Assembly: GCA_016840165.1 (NCBI GenBank)
Contig: JAEOSU010000094.1
Coordinates: 1-27,508 of the forward strand
DNA length: 27,508 bases
DNA from: Promethearchaeota archaeon
Lineage (GTDB): Archaea; Asgardarchaeota; Lokiarchaeia; Sigyniarchaeales; SOKP01
Direction of reading: 5' to 3'
Shown: positions 19,111 through 27,447 of the stretch, piece after piece
Layout: the number at the start of each line of letters is the position of its first letter
How positions within the stretch are numbered: the stretch's first letter is position 1
Notes under the pieces: model-generated
What the model saw: the letters and a program-made list of their open reading frames with translations, nothing else
The model's database searches: none
Told to the model about the DNA's origin: nothing
Position numbers and translations under genes: made by a program

Positions 19111-21342
19111 TTACAAATAAAATGGTATTTTAAAACTAAATGAATTTAAATTGTATTGAATCCCTTTTTGAAGTGTCGATCGAGCAAAATGCAATGGAAA
19201 TGGTAATTTTGTTTCATTTTTTACTAATGCAGGATTGTATCTAGAAAGTTTAAAGATTCTTGATAAAATATTTCTTAAATTATCCGATTTAGTGCTTAAC
19301 ACTCGGACTTTTATACAAGAGGGAGTCCCTATTTGTGTCTTGGAGGTAATAATATGGCAACTTTTTCCATTAATTATTACACCATTTCCTTGCTTAGGAG
19401 GATAAATCATCCATTTCTTCTTATCGTCTTGTTCAAATAACCTTACTAAAGATGCGTATTTTATTCCAACAATGTCAAGATTTTTCGAATCTGTTATATT
19501 CTCAATAGATTTCACTATATTAGGAATTACTGGACCAAATATCAGTAGAAATATACTAGTATATTTCTTAAATTCCTCACTTAAAATTTCAAGAAGTTTT
19601 TTATCAAAAATTTCTGGATTTTCATTAAGGTATTTACCCTCTATAAAATCACCTTGATTAGTAAAAACTAAAATTGAAGCAATGACATGATCCTTAAAAA
19701 ATTTAATATTCAGACCAATAATGATTTCATTACTTCTAAAAACCTCTTCTAAAACCCAAGTCTTCCCCTCAGATTTTAAATAGATCTGAAGATAAATCAG
19801 AGATCTTAAACTCCCATAACCTATGTCATTTAAGGTATTAATGTTTATTGTTTGATTTGGCTTATCATTTTCAATCAATAAGGATTTAACATTATTGTGC
19901 AACTCTATATTTTCAATATCATTAATCAAAATATAAAAATGATACACTTTGGGTTGTTCAGCATTTAGTATTTTTTGAACATCATCTAATTTCTTTATTT
20001 TTAATGGTGTCAATTGAATGTTTTCGATTTTAGAGAATGATTTATACGTCTCGATGTTATTATATAAGGATTCTGAACTTTTTAATAGATTTTCAATTAT
20101 ATCTAAACCTTTACCTGATTTGAAATATAATAAATGAAAATGGAGAGTATCTTTCCCGTTACAAGATTGTTTATAGAAACCTATATCATTATATTCTATT
20201 GAGGGAAATTCGGTAGGATATTCATTTTTTAGCAAATACGTAGGATTGGCAAAATCAACCTTTACTATATCAGATGACCTAGTATCTAATAATTCTTCAG
20301 GAATGATTGGAAAATTTAAATCTCTAAGATCTGTTATGAGATTCATGTATTCTTCTTTAATCCTTTTGAACCTTTCAAACGGTTTTGGTTGGATTTTCCT
20401 CATGAGACTTTTTGCATCTGAACCAGCATCACTAGTTATAGGTACAATCCTAAGTATTTCTAATGGATAAGAATAAACCTTTTCGGGATTACTCCAAAAG
20501 ATCCTATGAATTAATGGTTCTTTATCTATTATTTTCTCACTTAATAATTTCGTAGGACAGATATTCTCATCTTTGTAAAATTCCAATAAATTTATTGTAG
20601 CTTTGCTAGGTTTTTCATTTACAATCTTCAAATCTTTAATATTGCTAAAATAAGATGGATAATTTAGATCACAAGTGCCAAATGGATTTAGGTAATCTGG
20701 GCAATTAACTACACAACATATTTTTTCAGTATTCCTATTGTTATCATATTTTATTTTGTTGTCTTCCCATAAATCTCTCAGAGTATTTTCTGAAAAAAAT
20801 TTTGACTTTGGCTCAATAATTATCCCAATATTTCCTCCAGACTTTAAAAGTATAGGTTTATACCGAAAACCCATATGTATATGTATTATCCCAAATTTAT
20901 CATCAATTTCTGGAGATGTTGCTTGATAAACATTTTTCCCATATTCTTCATAAACTATATAATTATCTTCTCTATTTCTTAGTACAACAGCTATTCTTTC
21001 TGCGATATACCTCAAAAAAAGTGTTTCTATTTCTGTATCTTTTAGAGCATTGTTTAGACTAATCTCTCTTTTTTGGATGTGATTAGAACTAATAATTATT
21101 TTATTTTTAATTATGAATTTCATTAACTTAATTTTATCTAAAATGTCTTCATCTGAGATAATTGAGTTACCATATTGAAAAATTGTTATTCTTTTATGAT
21201 CTTTTCGTAATTTTTTTACTAAATAGCCAATTAATCTATATCGATTATTCTCAATATCTCCTAAATTGTAGATATATAATTTTATCGATGAATTTTTTAT
21301 CTTTTTTAATTTGACTATATTAGTATAAAGAATCTTATTTAT
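19111..21342 (-). CDS. ago: Long prokaryotic Argonaute, catalytically inactive (N-L1-PAZ-L2-MID-PIWI)
   Basis: Numbering is from the 670-aa ORF (ATG 21123). PAZ NLLEFYK and YSYPLEIL; L2 PKPFERFKRI; MID pocket H409-K413-Q424-K450 (LQIYLKSEGKTWVL); PIWI IIIGLN (D->N472), LIFG (RDG lost), PPKQG, GTPSCI, IFKLSRYN, TKLPFPLHFAR; C-terminal PFYL. The frame stays open upstream to 21351 and encodes an Ago-type N-terminus, so the start is placed at ATA 21342 (ATT 21333 is an alternative). Confidence 0.88.
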   Translation of the reverse strand: MNKILYTNIVKLKKIKNSSIKLYIYNLGDIENNRYRLIGYLVKKLRKDHKRITIFQYGNSIISDEDILDKIKLMKFIIKNKIIISSNHIQKREISLNNALKDTEIETLFLRYIAERIAVVLRNREDNYIVYEEYGKNVYQATSPEIDDKFGIIHIHMGFRYKPILLKSGGNIGIIIEPKSKFFSENTLRDLWEDNKIKYDNNRNTEKICCVVNCPDYLNPFGTCDLNYPSYFSNIKDLKIVNEKPSKATINLLEFYKDENICPTKLLSEKIIDKEPLIHRIFWSNPEKVYSYPLEILRIVPITSDAGSDAKSLMRKIQPKPFERFKRIKEEYMNLITDLRDLNFPIIPEELLDTRSSDIVKVDFANPTYLLKNEYPTEFPSIEYNDIGFYKQSCNGKDTLHFHLLYFKSGKGLDIIENLLKSSESLYNNIETYKSFSKIENIQLTPLKIKKLDDVQKILNAEQPKVYHFYILINDIENIELHNNVKSLLIENDKPNQTININTLNDIGYGSLRSLIYLQIYLKSEGKTWVLEEVFRSNEIIIGLNIKFFKDHVIASILVFTNQGDFIEGKYLNENPEIFDKKLLEILSEEFKKYTSIFLLIFGPVIPNIVKSIENITDSKNLDIVGIKYASLVRLFEQDDKKKWMIYPPKQGNGVIINGKSCHIITSKTQIGTPSCIKVRVLSTKSDNLRNILSRIFKLSRYNPALVKNETKLPFPLHFARSTLQKGIQYNLNSFSFKIPFYL

Positions 21343-22037
21343 CCCTCCATTTTATCTTTAAATTCAAGGAAATCAATTTTCAAACTAATGTTCAAATTGT
21401 TATCCTTGATGAAATCTACAATTACATTATAGATCAAATAAATCCCATAGTTTAAAGGTATATAAGCGCATTTTACTTTTTTAAAAGACTTGTTAAGATT
21501 TGAGATAAACGAAATAATTGGTTCTGATTCTTTAATTATTGATTTCATTTGACATTTTATCAATAATAAGTCATTAGAAATAGATAAATGAGTTTGGATC
21601 AGAGAACTCTCAAATAATGCCATTAATATTTTTTTATTATTATCTACTGAACTTATCTCAAATACTCCGAGAGGATTTAAACGTTGTAAAAGATAATTAC
21701 TTAAATCTTCATAATTTAAACGTAATTTCTCATCAACAAGGCTTATAAATTGACCGGAAATTAAGTTTTGAAATGATGAAAATTCATTCTTTTTAGGATA
21801 GTAATCATAATCTATTTTAGGTAATAAAACAAACTTTTGATTAGTAGGTGTGTAATTAATTTTTTTATTGGTTGTCAATTCTTTTAGTAAGTTTTCGATT
21901 GAATCTTTTAGCTCTTTTAAATTTTGAACAATCACTTCTTTTTCAATTAAATATCTAATGATATCCTCTATGGAGCCCTTTTGATACTCTTCTATATATT
22001 CTATTATATAATTTTTAAAATCTTCCATTCCAATCAA
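21339..22037 (-). CDS. Argonaute-operon protein: N-terminal winged-helix-like domain, C-terminal alpha/beta (possibly YbjN-like) domain
   Basis: FKNYIIEYIEEYQKGSIEDIIRYL...IENLLKELTTNKKINYTPTNQKFVL resembles a wHTH. The C-terminal pattern HLSISNDLLLIKC...ISFISNLN...VKCAY is weakly YbjN/chaperone-like. Start is TTG 22037 or ATG 22028. The stop overlaps the proposed ago start. Confidence 0.6.
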   Translation of the reverse strand: MIGMEDFKNYIIEYIEEYQKGSIEDIIRYLIEKEVIVQNLKELKDSIENLLKELTTNKKINYTPTNQKFVLLPKIDYDYYPKKNEFSSFQNLISGQFISLVDEKLRLNYEDLSNYLLQRLNPLGVFEISSVDNNKKILMALFESSLIQTHLSISNDLLLIKCQMKSIIKESEPIISFISNLNKSFKKVKCAYIPLNYGIYLIYNVIVDFIKDNNLNISLKIDFLEFKDKMEG

Positions 22038-22074
22038 TTATTACATTTAATTTTAATATCTATGCTATAAATCA

Positions 22075-23376
22075 TTAGATTACATATTCCTCTGGCAATT
22101 GACTAAAAAATCTATTTTCTGTTGTATTTTTTATAATCAATGGATTAAGTTCACCAGATATTATAGAATTATAATTTTCAATAAACCATTTGTTTATTTG
22201 ATCTATAAAACCTTGAGTATCTGTTTCTTCAATAAGAAATCCATTAAAAGTGGTTCCATTTTTATCAATAAAAGTTAAGGATGGACTTGATTTATTATTT
22301 TTAACTTCATAAACGCCAATTATTTGATTTGTTTTTATCCTTTTCCGTTTTTCTTCTCTAATTTGGTGAAATTCAAACCAACTTTCTATTGGATAATAGA
22401 TTTTTGGATTAAAGATTACAATTTTCCTACTTTCTGAAACCCATTTACAATCTTTATTATAATAGTACAAAATTGGTTGAATTTTACCTTTTAAAACATT
22501 AATGGCATAAATATTAAATTGAATAGGTACTTCATTTAAAGATATATTATTTTTCCTTGATTCCAGGTAAACTAAAAGAGACCCAGCACCAATATTTTTT
22601 ATTATTTGATTATTCCAATAATAATAATTATGCTCATGCCCACTGAAAATCAAGTGGAGATCATTTTCTTCTAAAAAGTTAATACTTATCTTGTTATCTT
22701 CAAGGTTTTTTAGTGAGTGATGACATATTAGAAATTTATTCATATTACTAAATTGGATTTTTCCAAAATTATCTTCTAATTCCGTTAAAATGTTTGATAA
22801 ATCCTTCATTGATAACACTCCAATATCTAAATATTTTTGATTCAAATACTTATTTCTATCTTCAACATTTAAATTCCTAATCTCGTCATTAATAAGTCTT
22901 TTTTCAATATATTTACATGAATTTACTGCAATGAAAATAGAATTATAATCCTTTAAATATTTGAAACTAACTTGATTTTTCCTAAAATCTTTTGATAAAT
23001 TCACATTGAATTCTTTTTTTTTCTTTTTTAAGAAATTTGTAAACTCTTTAAATTGAGATTTTGACTCAATTGAATTCAAATCTAAGTCATGATTTCCATT
23101 GGCTATACATATCGGTATACTCCTTTTAATGAATATTTGCAAAAATTCCATAAGATATTTATTTTGAAGTTGATCCATATCACCTTTCGAAGAAATATCT
23201 CCTGAGATAATTAAAATTTTAATGGAATAATCTTGCATTATCTTTTCTATTGTAGTTATTAAGAGAGTAAAAAAATCTTCAAAGGATTTTCCAAAACCTG
23301 AATCTCGAGCAATGGATTTTTCTCCAAAATGTAAATCAGAAATATGAATAATATTAAAAGCTTTATCATTTAACAT
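22075..23376 (-). CDS. Calcineurin-like metallophosphoesterase with C-terminal extension
   Basis: All five motifs are present: HISDLH, ISGD, GNHD, CHH and SGHEH. Confidence 0.92.
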   Translation of the reverse strand: MLNDKAFNIIHISDLHFGEKSIARDSGFGKSFEDFFTLLITTIEKIMQDYSIKILIISGDISSKGDMDQLQNKYLMEFLQIFIKRSIPICIANGNHDLDLNSIESKSQFKEFTNFLKKKKKEFNVNLSKDFRKNQVSFKYLKDYNSIFIAVNSCKYIEKRLINDEIRNLNVEDRNKYLNQKYLDIGVLSMKDLSNILTELEDNFGKIQFSNMNKFLICHHSLKNLEDNKISINFLEENDLHLIFSGHEHNYYYWNNQIIKNIGAGSLLVYLESRKNNISLNEVPIQFNIYAINVLKGKIQPILYYYNKDCKWVSESRKIVIFNPKIYYPIESWFEFHQIREEKRKRIKTNQIIGVYEVKNNKSSPSLTFIDKNGTTFNGFLIEETDTQGFIDQINKWFIENYNSIISGELNPLIIKNTTENRFFSQLPEEYVI

Positions 23377-23624
23377 ATGATTTCAGTTAATTACTTGCAT
23401 ACTCTTTTTCTTGTCCTATGTTAATTTATTATTCCAAATATTTAATTCTTTTGTGTAGATATATTCAATTATAAGTTAAAATCATTAAACCGACAAAAAT
23501 CGCATTAGGTCCACGATATATAAAAGTCTGCCTAAATACAGTTGAATTTAAGTCAATTTTTTCTTTTCAATGACATTACTAATTACTTATACCTATTCAT
23601 AAACAAAGATTATGTTCTGTTTGT

Positions 23625-24524
23625 CTAAATTTTATCAAGGTCCAATATTGATGCTAACCCAGAACGTTTTAAATTTTGATCTAAATCTCCAAATTTATTT
23701 ATATATGTTGTTAAATCATCGAAAATATTACTAGCAAATAGATCTCTTTCAGTATTTATTGAATCTTTAGTAAATTCTCTTAGTAGATCATTCAAAAATT
23801 TTAAATTACCTGATACTAGCTCTATAATATCATATATATTAATCCCATGAATCCCACCATATAAACAGTCCAGTACGTAACTCAAAAATTCCTTTCTATT
23901 TACTTTTTCTTTACTTAATACTTCATTTCCATTCATCAAATTAAAAATATTTTCTTGTTCTTTTCGCGAAAGTTGTTCTGAATTACCTGTTCCATACTTG
24001 CCCGCTGCGATAAATGTAATAACGTATCCCAAATTCTCAATTTCTAATGGATGAGGAATATAATGACTTGATGTATAGGAAACCTTTTCTTTTAAGTTTC
24101 TTCTATATTCAATTATAGAATTTTTAGGATTATTTTCTTTACTTACCTGAAATAAATCCCATAGTCCCTCTCCAATACTATCATAATTTGAATAGAAAGA
24201 AACCAACTCATCTCCTTTAAAATATCCCTCTCTTGTACAAAAATCAGGAAAATCCTCTTGATTGATTTGAATTACTAATCCTTCTATGTTTCTGGGAATT
24301 GGGGTATTCTCAATAAGGCTTCCTTTAAAATTAAAGTTGTCAATATCCATACAACAAATATTTCTAATCGAGGGTTTGGCAAAACCGCGTTCTCCTTTAA
24401 TTTGAGCTTTAAAGGCATCCAAAATTTTTAATTTTCTTAAATTCCCTTGCATATTTCTATAAAGACCGCGAAAACTCATAAGTGAGCCATAACCAAAAAT
24501 CAATTCTGTTTTAGAATTCACCAA
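23625..24524 (-). CDS. Gamma-glutamylcyclotransferase-fold (GGCT/ChaC/AIG2-like) protein
   Basis: N-terminal IFGYGSLMS motif, IEGLVIQI strand and REGY (putative catalytic Glu). GTG start preceded by GGAG. Confidence 0.65.
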   Translation of the reverse strand: MVNSKTELIFGYGSLMSFRGLYRNMQGNLRKLKILDAFKAQIKGERGFAKPSIRNICCMDIDNFNFKGSLIENTPIPRNIEGLVIQINQEDFPDFCTREGYFKGDELVSFYSNYDSIGEGLWDLFQVSKENNPKNSIIEYRRNLKEKVSYTSSHYIPHPLEIENLGYVITFIAAGKYGTGNSEQLSRKEQENIFNLMNGNEVLSKEKVNRKEFLSYVLDCLYGGIHGINIYDIIELVSGNLKFLNDLLREFTKDSINTERDLFASNIFDDLTTYINKFGDLDQNLKRSGLASILDLDKI

Positions 24525-24728
24525 TTATACTCCAATCTTTTTCAAATTAATAGTATTTTTCCTTAAATTAATTCTAATTACTATTATAAGTTAATATATT
24601 AATTAATATTAGTTATATATTAGTTGAAATAAATAGATCAAACCTTATTATGCAGAAGAGAAAAAATTAATTATAAAAAATATGAAGTAATTTGTAAGAT
24701 AGGCAATGATTTATGAAGATATTATAAT

Positions 24729-24956
24729 TTACTTTGATACAAGGTTATAGTACATAAGATTTCCGTCAATTAACTCTATAGAATAATGATTAAAACAATA
24801 ACATCGTAAATACTTATTTTTTCCAATTATGATGAATAATATGGAGCTATAATTATTTTCTAATAATTTACCAAATTGCATATCTTGTTTACTTGATTTT
24901 GAGGTACTCATTGGATGAGTATGCAAAAATCCGAGAAATTTATATTCTTCATAATT
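24729..24956 (-). pseudogene. 5'-truncated JAB/MPN+ (JAMM) metalloprotease gene remnant
   Basis: In-frame NYEEYKFLGFLHTHPMSTSKSSKQD gives HxH-x7-S-xx-D, followed by SILFIIIG. The frame hits a stop at 24990-24992 upstream, so the N-terminal half with the catalytic Glu is missing. Confidence 0.7.
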
Positions 24957-24987
24957 AAAAAGCCGCCACTCATCGAGTATTTTAAAC

Positions 24988-25062
24988 AGTTACACCTCAC
25001 GGGCAGATTTGATCAAGGATGCGATTCGTATTAGGCTTCGGGAATTAGATATAATAAAATAA
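24988..25062 (+). pseudogene. 5'-truncated ribbon-helix-helix (CopG-like) gene remnant
   Basis: Own translation: SYTSRADLIKDAIRIRLRELDIIK*, matching the RHH helix B pattern YxSRxExIRxAIR. There is no start codon upstream before the in-frame stop at 24952-24954. Confidence 0.55.
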
Positions 25063-25064
25063 AT

Positions 25065-25967
25065 TTATAATTTTTTTAGAAAGTATTTATAATACCGATT
25101 CTTAGTTATTTGTACTGTTGCCCAACTCCAAAACTGTTTCATTCCATTTTTCTTCGCATATTCATAATTAACTTGAAATACCGTTTTCCCATCATTTTCT
25201 ACCTTAAAAAGTTCATTTGCCACCATATAATTAAAGGTCGCAATAAAGATGAGCACTTTTTTGAAATCGGCGATAAACTCATCAATGTTAACTTCAAAGA
25301 AACCATAATCATCTTCAAATTTCAATTTTCTCTTGTTAATGTTAGCATCATAGATGAATTCTGTTCCGGGATGAGACACAGCATTTCGATAAATTCTTAA
25401 TCTTTCAAGATGGATAAATGTGCCATAGCTATCGAAGTAATGAAGAATCATTCCAAAAGTTTTATTTTTTTCCATTAGCTCATCAATATCTTCCTTACCT
25501 ACTCCCTTGGTAATCAGTTCTAATTGTAGCAATAATTTAAAAATAGTTTTGATTGTATATTCTATAATTTGCGAGTTCTTTAGTGCCCAGTCGTTAAAAT
25601 AAATCCGATATTGTCCTTTAGAAGTTTGCTTGAGTTTCTCGAAAAAGATCCAATTATGAAGTTTTAAAACCTCGCTAATTGGTCTAGTAAGCGCCGTCTC
25701 TCCAAATTTTTGCTTTTCTTCATTGATAAAAGTTAGAGACGCTATGATTTCATCTACAGTTGTTTTATCTTCTATAAAGTCAAGATATTCTTTAAAATAA
25801 GACATAGACTGAGGATATTTTACTACTGAAGAGTGAAGCGGCTGGCTTAATCCTTTGAAGATTAAATAACTGAAATGCGGTTTAATCTTTGCTAAATAAC
25901 TCTCATCATCAGCAAAACTCTTTAGATTTTGTAAATTGTGAGCCAAAAAAAAATCCTGATCCTTCAT
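25065..25967 (-). CDS. Putative HEPN-domain protein (predicted RNase)
   Basis: Helical protein with an R-x4-H motif (LERLRIYRNAVSH), preceded by KTFGMILHYF, as is typical of HEPN domains. Confidence 0.6.
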   Translation of the reverse strand: MKDQDFFLAHNLQNLKSFADDESYLAKIKPHFSYLIFKGLSQPLHSSVVKYPQSMSYFKEYLDFIEDKTTVDEIIASLTFINEEKQKFGETALTRPISEVLKLHNWIFFEKLKQTSKGQYRIYFNDWALKNSQIIEYTIKTIFKLLLQLELITKGVGKEDIDELMEKNKTFGMILHYFDSYGTFIHLERLRIYRNAVSHPGTEFIYDANINKRKLKFEDDYGFFEVNIDEFIADFKKVLIFIATFNYMVANELFKVENDGKTVFQVNYEYAKKNGMKQFWSWATVQITKNRYYKYFLKKL

Positions 25968-26196
25968 TAAATCTGAAGGTTAAAGAATTTATTAAGGACT
26001 TGGAAAATCTTGCCAAACATAGCTTTAAACTAAAATTATTACAGTTTTAAGATATATATAATTTCAGGAATTAATAATTTTATATACATTCAAACCTTGC
26101 AGGGTTTGTCCTCTTATGACTAGAATTTTTTCATAAGAATCATTCAGAATGTAATTATATTAGTTGTTGCAAGATTTGCATAAGAAGTATGCATCC

Positions 26197-26340
26197 TCAT
26201 CCCGTTCCGTTATTTTGACCATCTATGGAATTTATTTCGATAATAACAAAAGCTATTACCAGTACAGCGATTGTAATACTTGCTAATATTGCTACTAATA
26301 ATAATATTTTTTTACTTTCTTTGCTTTTTAATAAATTCAT
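26197..26340 (-). pseudogene. Small membrane-anchored ORF (47 aa), probably the 5' part of a frameshifted gene
   Basis: Own translation: MNLLKSKESKKILLLVAILASITIAVLVIAFVIIEINSIDGQNNGTG*, a basic N-terminus plus a TM helix. Protein-like fragments continue in other frames down to ~26065 (e.g. NYILNDSYEKILVIRGQTLQGLNVYKIINS). Confidence 0.5.
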
Positions 26341-26443
26341 TCCACTTCACTTTCTAATTCAATATGTAATGATAAAAACTTTAAATAATTATTTTTGTGT
26401 GAAAAAAAATTTTTATGGTAAGAAAACATAAAAAATTACAAAA

Positions 26444-26463
26444 TATCGGATTTCCATCCGATA
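26444..26463. promoter_or_regulatory. Palindrome TATCGGAT-N4-ATCCGATA, likely regulator binding site
   Basis: Perfect 8-bp inverted repeat in the divergent intergenic region, 66 nt upstream of the 26530 gene. Confidence 0.5.
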
Positions 26464-26529
26464 CTGTACATAGTGATTAGAAACATCATGCAAAAAAAAT
26501 AATAATAAAAATCTATTATTTATTTAGAG

Positions 26530-27105
26530 ATGCCAATAACTCCACTTCATTATCCTGTAGCATGGGGCCTTTCAAAACTTAATAGAAGGTTAAATTTTCC
26601 GGGATTGATTGTTGGTTCTTTCATTCCTGATATCGAAGTTCCAATCTTAATCCTTTTTTTTGGCGGTATACTTCCTGATCACTTTATATTACACAGTTTA
26701 ATCGGTGCGCTTACTATTGGAACGATTATTTCAACACTGGCGACAATTTACTTATATCCAATTATTGTGTCTTTGATTTTTAGGGTTGATAGAGCCAAAC
26801 TAAACGAGGTCTGTAAACTATCTCCTCTTCTTATAATTTCATGTATGCTTGGAAACACATTTCACATCCTTTTAGATTTCCCGATGCATCCATTTAATCC
26901 CATTTTATGGCCTTTTGTTGATCCTTATGAGATTGTTGGGATCTTGGTTCTTTTTTTAGCTGTAGATGGAAATATCGGAATAGGTTTTTTTAATGCGAAA
27001 ATATTAACAAATTTGATTACAGGGATAATAACAATTGCAATAATAGTCAGATATCGGAAAAATTTGGCGGAATTAGTAATAAGAAAAAACCTAATTTCGA
27101 GATAG
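26530..27105 (+). CDS. Membrane-bound metal-dependent hydrolase (DUF4184/YdjM-like)
   Basis: MPITPLH, GSFIPDIE, LHSLIG and FHILLD motifs, with several TM helices. Confidence 0.85.
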   Translation: MPITPLHYPVAWGLSKLNRRLNFPGLIVGSFIPDIEVPILILFFGGILPDHFILHSLIGALTIGTIISTLATIYLYPIIVSLIFRVDRAKLNEVCKLSPLLIISCMLGNTFHILLDFPMHPFNPILWPFVDPYEIVGILVLFLAVDGNIGIGFFNAKILTNLITGIITIAIIVRYRKNLAELVIRKNLISR

Positions 27106-27246
27106 TTTGATATTAGGACAAAAATCGATGTGATTCTATTTGTGGTAAAAAAGTATAAAAAATTACAAAATCGAATCTGTCTCTATTCGCTTTTAAATAA
27201 TGAATTTCATGTTTTTTGGAGAGAAAACTTGAAGTGAGATAAAAAA

Positions 27247-27447
27247 GTGATGAATAACAGACTAAATATTGATGAGCAATTATATAGGCACGCGAAATTT
27301 CTGCAGACATTAACATTTAATGAGCATGAAACAAAACTAATTCGATTATTCTTAAAATCGAATCAAGATGTAACAGTGAGGGCCAATAGTAGCCTTGGAG
27401 TTGAAGATCACACTTTAAATACTAGGAAAATAGCCGTTGAGTATTAA
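27247..27447 (+). CDS. Short hypothetical ORF or gene fragment
   Basis: 66-aa ORF with protein-like composition and no recognisable motif. Confidence 0.3.
   Translation: MMNNRLNIDEQLYRHAKFLQTLTFNEHETKLIRLFLKSNQDVTVRANSSLGVEDHTLNTRKIAVEY

Noticed and set aside
17225-21342. The two Ago-like ORFs as one split or frameshifted gene, or as active slicers
   Set aside because: Each has its own N-terminal, MID and PIWI motifs and a proper terminus. Catalytic Asp positions are substituted in both.
24570-24625. AT-only palindromic tract
   Set aside because: Low complexity, expected by chance at this AT content.
16868-25400. Plus-strand ORFs 16868-17059, 19472-19657, 20246-20470, 20738-20926 and 25110-25400
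   Set aside because: Antisense shadows of motif-bearing minus-strand genes.
26225-26431. 68-aa plus-strand ORF
   Set aside because: Likely the antisense shadow of the minus-strand signal/TM ORF at 26197-26340.
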